Made by a program: the position numbers and the translations under genes. Shown piece by piece: positions 18,488 through 30,400 of a DNA stretch of 64,000 bases. This DNA is from a virus (taxonomy: Duplodnaviria; Caudoviricetes). The notes beneath the pieces were generated by a model. That model worked only from the letters and a program-made list of their open reading frames with translations, was not told where the DNA came from and did not search any database. The first letter of the stretch is position 1, and each line of letters begins with the position of its first letter. The stretch lies in IMG/VR virus record IMGVR_UViG_2816332589_000001, positions 1-64,000 of that record. The stretch is one strand, 5' to 3'.

Positions 18488-21400
18488 ATGCAGATCACGA
18501 ACGCCGCTGACCGCCTCGCATCCCGCCTCGAAGCCAAGGCCCGCCGCCCCTGGAACCCCGATCTGCACCCCCGGGACAGCAAGGGCAGGTTCATCGAAAC
18601 CGGCGGCATCGCCCGCTTGTGGGGCGGCGGCATGGCCCGCGTTCTGCGCGCCCTCGGCGGCCGGGACGTGCTCGTAGAGAACCTGAGCACCCACGAACGC
18701 TCCACCATCAACGGCTCTCGCCTGACCATGGTGGCCCGCCCGGACGGCACCGCGCCGACCCGCAGCAAGAAGAAGGTCCGCGACGAAGACGAGCGGCGCC
18801 AAGCCGACGGCCGCCGCGGAACCGGCCGCGACGACGAGGACGCTGGCGACCACGGCGACACCCCCGACGAGCCTCACGACACGGACGACCAGGGCAACGC
18901 CATCGGCGAGGACCGCGACGGTGAGGACCATGGCGCCGGCCCGGAGCCCGAGGACGACGAGCCCGAGGAAGATCCGCAGCCCAAGCCGTCACGCCGCCGC
19001 GACCCCAACCGGCGCTTCAAGACGCTGGAGGACGTACGCGCCCACTGGGCCAGCGGCAAGCTGCGCACCTTCACGCAGGACGAGAAGAAACAGGACAGCC
19101 ACAACAAGTTCATGGCCGAGCTGATGGACAAGCTCGACAAGCCCCAGCTCTCCCGCAACGGCCACTTCGTCGTCGGCCGATTGACGATCCACGGCTCAGA
19201 CGGTCGCGAGCACACCGGCTGGGGCGTCATGCACACCGACACCGGCATCCGCCTCACCCTCGCCGACCGCAAGGCCGAAGCCACCGAGTTCGCCAACCGC
19301 ATGGAGAGCGTACGTATCGGTGGCGAGCCGATCGACTGGAACAACCCGGAGTCGTTTGACCGGCTCAACACCCCCGAGGGCCGCTCCGTGGCCGGACGCC
19401 TGGCTGCCGAGGCGCAGGCCGCATTCGCCGAGCGCGCGAAGAAGAAGCGCGAGGGCGCCACTGCCCGCACCAAGCCCGCCACGCCCAGTACCCCGGAGCA
19501 GCGCGCTGCCCAGCAGGTCGCCGGCCGTACGGGCGCCCCGGCCGCGAATGTCGCCGTCGGTCACATCGGCGCGCCGGACAAGGGAAAGTCCTTCGGTGAT
19601 GAGCGGGGTCGCCCCCGAAACGACGGCGAACTGCGCGAATTCTGGCAGCAGGGCGGCGCCCAGGGAGCTGGCGGCAAGGCCCAAGCCGAGATGAAGAAGC
19701 TGGCCAACGACCCGAACGTCGTCCTGCACCTGGCAGACCACCGCGGCTTCGTCGTCGTGGAGCAGCGCCGCCGCAACAAGCCGACCCGGTACGAGCTGCG
19801 GACGGTGGGAACCGCCGCGACGCTGTCCAAGCTCGGACGTGGGGGCATTCACACCTACGGCAGCTTCGATGACCCTGAGACCGCCAACCGGTTCGCCCTC
19901 TACCTCGGGAGCAACCTGCGGGACCGGGACGGCCGCACGGTGGACTGGGGCAGCCCGTCCCTGTCATCCGATCTATTCCGATTCCGGGACAAGGAAGGGC
20001 AGCCCGCCGGACAGGCCATCTGGCAGCTCGCGGGCGAGTTCGACCGGCAGCGCGGCGTCCACGACAGCCCGGCCGCGCGCTTCAGTCGTCCTCACGGCGG
20101 GCGGGACGACCGGGACGAGGAGCACCAGCAGGACCCGCAGACCGCGCCCGAGACCCCGGATACGGGCATCCCGGGCGAAGATGTGACCCCGCGGCCGGCC
20201 GACGGCCAGCAGCGCGACGAGCAGGAGGAGCACAGCAGTGGAGAGCGGCTACAAGGCGCTGGTGAAGGCGTACTGGGAGACGTACCGGCCGACGGCGCTG
20301 GCCGAGCTGGCGGAGACGACGCCGCCGGAGACGTTCTTCGCGCAGATGGCGGCGGAGATCGAGGAGCAGATCGCGGACAGGAGGGACGACTTCCGGGAGG
20401 AGATGGAGCCGGGGACGGACTTCCGGGACGCGATGGCGTCGATCAACATGGCGACGATGAGGGCGAGGGAAGCGGTCCTGCACGAGCTGGTGTACGGCCT
20501 GAAGAAGGAGCCGGGCACGGAGGACAGGGAGATGCCCAGGGTGAGCCTGCCGAAGATCGCAGCCGGGTAGCTTTCGGCAGCGACGACGAGGAGCGTCGTG
20601 CCCCGCAGTACCAGCCGCCGGAGGACGGCCGCAGCCTCGTCCCGAGCGGGGTCCGCGCCCGGGTCAAGGCGAACATCGCCGCGATCGAGGTACTGCGGCG
20701 CCTTGAGGACGAGAACCGGCCGGCCACGGCCGCCGAGCAGGAGACCTTGGCCCGCTGGTCCGGCTGGGGCGCCACGCCGCAGGTCTTCGTGGACGAGCCC
20801 AAGGAGGAGTTCGTCCCGCTCCAGGCCCGTCTGCGGGAGCTGCTGAGCGACGCCGAGTGGGACGCGGCCAAGGAGAACACCCTCAACGCCCACTACACCG
20901 ACCCCGCGATCACCCGCGAGGTTTGGAAGGCCGTCGAGGAACTGGGCTTCGACGGCGGCAACGTCCTGGAGCCGGGCTCCGGCAGCGGCAACTTCATCGG
21001 GTACGCGCCCGAGTCCGCGCACATGACCGGCGTCGAGCTGGACCCGATCACCGCAGGTATCAGCAAGGCCCTGTACCCGCACGCCGACATCCGCAACGAA
21101 GGCTTCGAGAAGACCCGCGCCGCCGACGGCACCTTCGACATGGCCATCGGCAACGTCCCGTTCGGCGACTACCAGGTCGTGGATCTCCGCCACAACAAGG
21201 GCGGCCACAACATCCACAACCACTTCATCCTGAAGTCGCTGGACCTGACCCGCCCCGGCGGCCTGGTCGCCGTCGTCACCTCCCGATTCACCATGGACGG
21301 CTCGACGCCGCGCGCCGAGGACGCCCGTATGGAGATGGCGCGCAAGGCCGATCTCGTCGGCGCGGTGCGCCTGCCCACCGGCGCCCACCGGCGCACCGCC

Positions 21401-24400
21401 GGCACCGATGTGGTCACCGACTTGCTCATTTTCCGGCGCCGCGAGAAGGACAAGGAGTTCACCTCCGGCCGGCTGCGCAACGGGCAGATCAAGATGCCCG
21501 ATCAGCGCACGAAGGATGACCCGCCGGTGTGGGTGCACTCGGCCCGCGTCACCGACCTGCCGGGCCAGGACCCCGACGACGCCAACCAGCCGGACGCGCC
21601 CCAGGTCTACGTCAACCCGTACTTCCTGACGAACCCGAACAACGTGCTCGGCGAGATGGCTGTCGGCCACGGCATGTACGGGCCGGGGGAACTGCGCGTG
21701 GACGGCGACGGCAACCTCGACACCTCCCTCAGCAAAGCCCTGAAGAAGATCGTCAAGCGCGCCCGTGACGCTGGCCTGTCGTACACCCCGGACGATGGCG
21801 AGCGGCGCCGCCCCGAGCTGCTGCCCGAGGGCTCCGACCGTATCGACGGGCACGTGCAGGTCTCCCCCGACGGCACCTTCACCCAGGTCCGCGACGGCGT
21901 GATCGTGCCCTTCGATGTGCCCCGCAAGCAGGTAGAGGAGGCCACCCAGCTCCTTGGGCTGCGCGACGCGATGAAGGCCCTGATCGCCGAGGAGTCCCGG
22001 CCGGACGCCGACGAGGCCCTGATCGAGACGCTGCGCGGCGACCTGAAGGCCCGCTACGAGGCGTACCACGCGAAGTTCGGCTCCCTGAATCGGTTCGATT
22101 GGGCCACCCGCAAGGCCGCCGACCCGGAGACCGGCGAGCAGGTCGATAAGGCGTACCGGAAGCGGCCGCCGATGGGCGGCCTGATCACCCGTGACCCGAC
22201 GATGGCCGTCGTTCTGTCCCTGGACACCTACGACGGCACCACCGGCACGAGCACCCCGGCCGCGATCTTCTCCAAGCGGCAGTCGCGGCACCGCACCATC
22301 GCCGACCGCGCCAGCAGCCCTGAGGACGCCATGGCGGTCGTCCTGGAGCAGAAGGGCAGCCTCGACACCAACACCCTCGCCCGGGTCATGGGCGTCACTC
22401 CGCAGGTCGCCCGGGAGAAGCTGCTCGCGGCCCGCTCCACCGACCCGGAGACCGGTCACGAGTACCCGCTGGTGTTCGAGCCGCACAACGGCGGCGACCT
22501 CATCCCGGCCGCCGATTACCTCTCCGGCAACGTCCGCGCCCGTCTGGAGGAGGCGCAGGCCCTCGCTGGTGAGGACCCCCGCTTCGACATCAACGTCAAG
22601 CAGCTCGAAGCGGTCCTCCCGCCGGACATCTCCCCCGGCGAGATCGACGCGCCGATGGGCGCCTCGTGGCTCGGCGGCGAAATCGTCCAGTCCTTCCTGC
22701 GCGAAAAGCTCAACACCAACACGGTCCGCGTCAGCTACGCCGGCGGCTCCCTGTGGAAGGTGGACGCCCCCGACGCCACCAAGAAGTCGCGGGCTGCCAC
22801 CGAAGTCTGGGGCACCGAGGACTTCCCCGCGATCAAGCTCGCCGAAACGATCCTGACCAACGGCCGCATCCGCGTCACCTTCAAGGACGACGAAGGCAAG
22901 ACGTACGTCGATGAGGACGCCACCGCCGCCGCCCAGGCCAAGGCCGAGGAACTGAAGGAAGAGTTCCAGGACTGGCTGTGGGCCTCCCCGGCGCGGTCCG
23001 AGCAGATCAAGAAGCTCTACAACAACACCCACAACAACCTGGCGCTGCGCTCGTACGACGGGCAGCGCCGGACGATGCCGGGCCTCGCGGACTGGTTCAA
23101 GCCCCACCCCCACCAGCACGCGGCCGTCGCCCGGATGGTCAACGAGCCCGCGGTGCTGCTCGCGCACGAGGTCGGGGCCGGCAAGACCGCCGAAATGACC
23201 ATGGGCGTGATGGAGCTGCGGCGCCTCGGCCTGATCAACAAAGCCGCAATCGTCGTCCCCAACCACATGTTGCAGCAGTTCCACGACGAGTTCGCGGAGC
23301 TGTACCCGGAGTCCGCCGCGCAGGGCCGCATCCTCTCCGCGTCCAGCGAAGACCTTCAGGGCCGCAAGCGCCGCGAGTTCATCGCCCGGGTCGCCACCGG
23401 CGACTACGACGCCGTGATCCTCACGCAGAACGCGTTCGAGTCCATCCCGATGCGCCCCGAGGTGCAGCTCGACTACATCAAGCGCGAGAAGAAGCACCTC
23501 GAAGAGGCCCTGCGCCGGCAGAAGGAGCAGGACGAGCTGGAGGAGCCCGGGAAGCGCCGCGACTCCCGGATGGTCAAGGAGCTCCAGAAGCGGCTCAAGC
23601 AGCTCGAAGCGAAGATCGCCGCCAAGATCGAAACGTCCAAGGACATGGCCGGCCTGTACTTCGAGGACACCGGCATCGACTACGTCGTGGTGGACGAAGC
23701 CCACCACTACAAGAACCTGACCACGAACTCCAGCATCCCCGGCGCCGCGATCGAGGGCGCGAACCGCGCCTCCGACCTCGACATGAAGCTGGAGTACCTG
23801 CGCAAGAACACCAAATCCGGCCGCGTCGTCACCTTCGCCACCGCCACCCCCATCTCCAACAGCGTGACCGAGGCGCACACCATGCTGCGCTACCTGCGGC
23901 CCGACCTGCTGGAAGCCGCCAAGGTCCGCAACTTCGACGAGTTCGCCTCCACCTACGGAAAGGTCGTCTCCGGCGTCGAGCTGGCCGCGGACGGCTCCGG
24001 CTTCAAGGAAGTCTCCCGGTTCGCGGCGTTCCGGAACATGCCGGAACTGCTGCGCATCTGGAAAACCGTCGCCGACGTGAAGACCTCCGAGGACCTGGCG
24101 GAGTACCTCGACACCCCGGACATCTCCGGTGGCAAGGCCATCACCATCTCCGTCGAGCCGACGGAGCAGATGCTCGCCTACCAGGAAGAGCTGGCCCGCC
24201 GAGCCCGCGATGTCAAGCAGGGCGACGTAGACCCCCGCGACGACAACATGCTGAAGATCAGCAGCGACGGGCGGAAGGTTTCCCTCGACCCGCGGATGGT
24301 CGGCCTGGACGAGCAGGGCAACAAGCTGCCCCGCGCCGCCGAGAACATCGCCCGGATCTACGAGGAGACCAAGGACGCGGTCTACCCGACCTCGAAGACC

Positions 24401-27400
24401 GACCCGACACCGCACGAGACGCCCGGCGGCCTCCAGATCGTGTTCCTCGACATGGGCACGCCCAAGGACCCGGGCAAGGGTAAAAAGAAGGGCAAGAGCG
24501 ACGGCCCGGCCAGCGTCGAGGAACTGGGCGACTCTCCGTTCCCGGCGTATCAGGAGCTGAAGGAGCTCCTGATCGCCCAGGGCGTCCCGGCCGAGAAGAT
24601 ACGTTTCATCCACGAGGCGAAGAACGACGCGGAGAAGGCCCGCCTGTTCGCCGACGCCCGCAACGGCAAGATCGCCGTGCTCGTCGGCAGCACGAGCAAA
24701 ATGGGCACCGGAACGAACGTGCAGCTGCGCGCCACGGCCCTGCACCACCTGGATTGCCCGTGGCGGCCGGCCGACCTTGAGCAGCGAAACGGCCGCATCA
24801 TCCGCCAGGGCAACGCCAATCCCGAGGTCGCGATCTTCCAGTACGTCACCGAGCAGTCCTTCGATGGCTTCTCGTGGCAGACCGTCGCCCGCAAGGCAAA
24901 GTTCATTCGCCAGCTCATGAAGGGCAACCTCACCGACCGCACCGTCGAGGACATCCCCGATGGCGTGTTCAACGCCGAGCAGGTCACCGCCATCTCCACC
25001 GGCAACCCGTACCTGCTGGAGCAGGCGAACGTGAAGGCGTCCCTCGCCGTCCTGAAGCGGAAGCTGAAGGGCCACCTTCGCGCGGTCGAGGGCTACAAGA
25101 CCACGATCCACGCCGCCGAGAAGCTGCGCGAGGACACTGACAAGTTCGTCGCCCAGCTCCAAGACGTGATCTCGCGCCGCAAGAACACCCGCGGCGATGC
25201 CTTCAACGCCACCATCGGCAAGAACGACTTCACCAAGCGAGGCGAGGCGGCGAAGGCCCTCGCCACCGCCGCGCAGGCAGTACTCCGTCAGGGCAAGGCC
25301 GACCCGTACCGCTCCGGCGGCCACCAGAAGGTCGTCATCGGCCGAGTCGGCAACATCGAGGTCACCGCCCAGTACCGCACCGCATGGGGCGACTACGGCC
25401 GTGTCCACCTCGTAGACATCGCCTTCCCGGACATTCCCCGCAGCCGGCACTCCTACCAGGAAGACGACCTGAAGAAGGACAGCACCCTTCCCATCACACG
25501 GCTGGAGGACTCGCTGGCCGACGTGGACAAGGCGATCGTCCGCGCGGAAAGCCGACTGCGCCAGGAGGAGCGCGCGGCCGAGACCGCCCGAGCGCGCGTG
25601 GACCGCCCCTTCGAGCAGGCCGAGGAACTGGAGGCGGCCGAGCGGCGCGCCAAGCTCGTCGGCGCGCTGATCCGCGAGCAGGGCAAGCAGACCACCAGCG
25701 AGGACGCCGGCCGGGCGAAGCGGGCCCGCCTGGAGAGCCTGGAGCACCAGCTCCGCGAAGCCCGCATTGCCGCGGGCGAGGATTCCGGCGACGTGGACGA
25801 CCCGGCCGCCGCGCAGGACACCGACCTCCTGCCCCGCACCCCGGCCCCGCCGTCCATCACCACGGACGAGAAGGGCCGCCCGCGCGTCCTGTGGCCGGAC
25901 GCCGAGGCGAAGAAGGCCGCCAAGGAGCGCGAAAAGCAGGCGAAGCTCCAGCGCGCCCGCGAGGAGCGCGGGGAGACCACCCTCAACCCGGAGCAGGTGC
26001 GATCGGAGCTCGACTCCCTGCGCGAGGACGCCCCAGAGGCCCCGGAGCAGCACGACGACAGTTCCGTTCCCGAGGAGAAGCCCGAGGCCCCGGACGCCCC
26101 AGCGCCGACGGACAAGCCGGATACGGACACCGGCCAGGCCCAAGACGGGGAGGGCGAGGAGACCACCACCCTCACCCCGGAGCGCGTGCGCGCCGATCTG
26201 GACTCCATCACGCCCGAGGACAGAGACGACGCCAAGACGGAGGACCGTACGGACTCGGAGGGCACCGACGCCGCTCCCAACGCGGACTCCGTACAGGACC
26301 ATGACCAGGCCGACGCCGAGCCGGCCGACACCTCCTCTGGGCAGGAGGAGACCACCCCGGCCGCAGATGCATCCCAGCCCGCGGACAACGACGAGTCCGA
26401 AGCGGAAGACGAGGCCCCGGCCGGAGACTTCCCGGCCCCGGGCGATCAGGTGAACAGCCCCGACGGGTTGGGCGAAGTCATGGCCGTCCACGGCGACGCC
26501 GTCCTCGTCCGTGCCGAGCGCGGCACCCGCTCACACGCCCTGAAGGACGTAACCCGCCCTGACGGCAGCCCCTTCGGCGGCGACCGTACGGAGGCCCACA
26601 AGGAGCGGCAGAACGCCGAGAAGATAGCGCAGGCCGCCACCCACGAGGGCGCCGAGCTGTCCAGCGGCAACCGGCTGCGCGACCTCGACATGGAGGCCGG
26701 CCACGGCACCATCGTGGACCGCGACGGCAACACAGTGGGCTGGGTCCGCGCCCGCATCGGCGACGACGGACGGCGCTACTGGTGGGGCCAGGACGCCGAC
26801 GGCGGCGCCCCCGAAGACATGCAGTGGCACGAGGAACTGCCTGCCCAAGCAGGCGCAGCGCCGATCCGCGCCGCGTCCATCGTCCGCGATGGACTCGACT
26901 CCCTCCGCGCGAAGTACACCGGGCGGATGGACGCGAACGGCAGGCCGGAGCAGGAGAAGCGCAAGCCGGTCACGCCAGACCGTGCCATCACCGAGATGAC
27001 GCTCACCCCGGCCCAGGTGCGGGAGCTGAGCAAACTCACCCTGTCCGGCGAATACGCGGACGGTACGCCGATCGACACCCTTCCGTGGAACCCTGGTCAC
27101 CGACGGTACAGTCCGTTCTCGGCGCAGGCCGGTGCACTGGCCACCGCCGCGCGTGAAGCCGCCGCGCAGCAGGACGAGAGCACGCCGGAGGGACGCCGCA
27201 ACAAGAAGGTGCTGATCGGCGCTGCCCGCAAGATGGAGTTCCAGCAGTACGACTCCGCCCGCCGCGCCGCGACCGTGCCCCCGCCCGGCGAGCCGGACGC
27301 GTACGACAAGCCGTACGAGCCCCGTGCCGAGGAACCGGACACCGACGCGCCCGATCGGGACGCGCCGGACCCAGCATCGGAGCAGACCGCCCCGGACACC

Positions 27401-30400
27401 GGCCGCGGCACCTCGGACGCGCCCAGCGAACCGCAGGAGACGGACGCGGAGCCGGCCGACGACTCCGAAGTCCTCGACCCCGACCAAGCCCAGGTCGGCG
27501 ACTACATCCGTGCGGAGACGCAGAACACCCGGGGCAACGCTGACACGCGCGAGGGATACCTCCTTGCCGCGCCGAAGAAGGTCACCGCGACCCGCGACCG
27601 GCAGCGCATCAAGGCGTGGCGCCTCTACATCGGCAAGGAAGGCGAGGAGCCGTCTCCCCGCAACGCCGTCACCATCCTGCCGGACGAGAAGATCGAACGC
27701 CTGACCGCACCCGAGCCGACCCCGGAGGCGGATCACGACACCGAATCCACCGACTCGCGTACACGCGACAGCGCGCCGACCGCCGACGCCCCAGAGGACA
27801 GCGCGGCAACGGGCAGCCCCGCTGAAGGTGATGATGTCCCGAGCGGCCAGTCGCCGTTGAGCTTCCCCAACGGCGGCACTCGGGAAGAGGAAGTCCGGAA
27901 GTGGGCCGGTGTCTGGGCAGGGCCCCAGCCGGACGGGCTGAGTAACGTCTACCTCGACCGGGTGCTAGGCGCCCATGACGGTCAGTTGCCCTCCGATCCG
28001 TGGGAGACACGCTTCTGGATCACCTCCGCATTCGAGGTCGATCCCATGGCTCAGTACGACGAGAACCTTCGGCACAGCCTTGACCAGGTGCCGGAGGAGG
28101 CCCGCCAGTACCTCACTGGTCATGCAGATGAACTGCGTTCCTTCGTGCAGCAGCTCGGGGACGACCTCCGGACAGACATCCGCTCCGTCCTAGTGGACAA
28201 CATCGCTACCCGCGCCGGTCGGAAGAAGGCTCGGGAGCAGGTCGCCCGGATGTACAACGAGGCGGCGGAAAAGGCACGCAAGGCTGTTCGGGAGCACATC
28301 GAGCGCGTCCGCGCCGACGCTGCTGAGCACGGCCTGTCAGAGCAGCAGGCTGAGGGCTTTCTCATCAACGTCGCCGGAGGCGACAACCCTGATCAGATGT
28401 CGTACGGCGTGAAAGGCGAGTTCCCCGAGGCCGTACGCCCGCTGTACGCCGCTCGTTTGGACGGCGAAGCCTATCGGGCAGCCTTCGGCGGGTGGGCCAC
28501 GCAGGACGACACCAACTCCTGGGCTGGGTTCCACCACTCCAACGTCCGGCGGGCCAGGATGAACGTGCGTCTGACCCCCGTAGCCGATCCCCGGGCCGCG
28601 GCGGGTGAGCTGAAGATCGGCGAAGCCGAGCTGCCCAAGGGCATGAGGTGGGCGCGAGCCTCCGAACTGCGCGAAGGCGACATCTTCCACTACGTGCGAG
28701 TGCCCCGGCGCGGAACGGCCGACGCTTTCGACGGGATGGAGCCGCCGCAGTACGTCATCCACACACACCGCGATGGCCTTGAAGGCGCTCTCCGCACCGT
28801 AGGACTGGACGGCTCACACCACGACCCGGACACCGACGGTCACGTGATCATCGTTGAGAACCCGGAGCCAGCGGTGCGCAAGCGGGCCAGGCACCGGGCG
28901 CGCACGGACGTGTTCACGAACTGGGAGCTTCGGAAAGACGAAGAGGCGTATGCGGCTCAGTCCCGCCTTCCCTCACATCCGGAAGGCGAGACCGTTGACC
29001 CGGAGACGTTGGCGAAGGGCGAACTGGTGCGCCTTCGTGGCACCAACCAGTGGGGCGGGCTCGGGCAGTTCGAGGGCTACCTGCATGAGGCCCCTCAGCG
29101 CACACGTTTCTGGCGTCAGGGCAAGGAGACCGAGGGCTGGAAGGTGACCTTGGCCTCCAACCCCGAACAGCTTCAGAACCCGTACGCGACGGGCTGGGAC
29201 TACTACATCGCCGCAGATGACAACGAGAACTGGGTGGAGCGCATCGACTCGATGCAGGCCCGGAGCGCAAGCGTGCCCCTGAGCAGGCGTGGCGACGTGG
29301 ACGCGCCCGAAGAGCACGATCGGCCGCATGAGCACGACGAACAGCAGCCCGAAGGCCAGCCCCACACCGACATTGCGGACGAGGGTGACGCGTCCGCGCC
29401 CGACTCCACCAACGACGATGACCACGGCCAAGAGCGCCGTGAGGAGGAGGAACGCCAGGGCGGGGATGACGACGACCGCAGGGGCAGGGGGACGCGTCGC
29501 CGTTCGCGAGACCGAGACGGGGACAACGAACCGGACGGCGAGGATGGCCCCGGCCTGCCGGACGCCGGCGCGCCCACACCGAACGACGACGATCACGAGA
29601 ATGAGGACGACGGCGACGCTGAGCGGCCCGACGCCAACGATCAGGATCACGATGACCGTGACGAGCGGGGCCGCCGTAAGCGGCGGCGCCGTCGCGACCG
29701 CGACCGGGACGGGCGGGACGGTGGAGCACCGGACGGTGGCCTCCCGCACATGCCTGGTCTGCCCCACGTGCCCGACCTGGGAAGCAATCAGGGCGGTGAT
29801 GACAGCCAAGCGGGGAACCGCACGCGCAAGCCGGACCGGCTCGCCCAGACGAAGGACCGGTACCGCAACGGCAGCACGCCGACGCCACCGGGCGCCGATC
29901 CGGAGGGGCACGCCGCCTACCTGCGCCGACTCGCTGACAACGACACCCTCACCCTGTCCCCCGGCGGCGGACTCATCACCTGGTCGGACGACGACGGCCG
30001 CACCTGGCAGTTCGGCCACGCCACCAGCGGCGTGCACCTGGCCGGCTGGGAAGCCAACGGCGAGGAGATCGGCGGCCGGGACGGCGCCGTACGCCTGGCA
30101 GGCGAGTATGAGCGGATGCTGGGCGAGGACGGCGCCCCCATCGACTGGACGCAGCCCCAGCTCGACGCTGACGCGCTACGGCAGTGGCGCGACTCTCGGG
30201 GTGAGCTGCTGACCGACGCCATCGCGTTCGTCCGTGACTCCGTCATCCGCGAGCACCAGCGGGACAGCGACCGGAATCGGCTGAACAGCACCCCCACTAC
30301 GGACATTGCGGCCCCAGACACGGAACCCACGGTCGGCACAGGCGCTACGGACACGCCGAACCCCAACCGCCGTCCGCGCTCCGAAGCGGCCGGCCAGGAC

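Noticed and set aside
20249-26491. 2080-aa minus-strand ORF
   Set aside because: Antisense shadow of the high-GC3 giant gene; V/L/G/R-biased, no motifs
29340-29800. Asp/Arg-rich stretch suggesting a frameshift in the giant gene
   Set aside because: Frame stays open and the alternative frames look no more protein-like; treated as a disordered linker
29289-30212. Second possible nested + strand ORF in the giant gene
   Set aside because: Thr/Arg/Ala-rich product typical of a shifted frame and no convincing RBS, unlike 20238-20570
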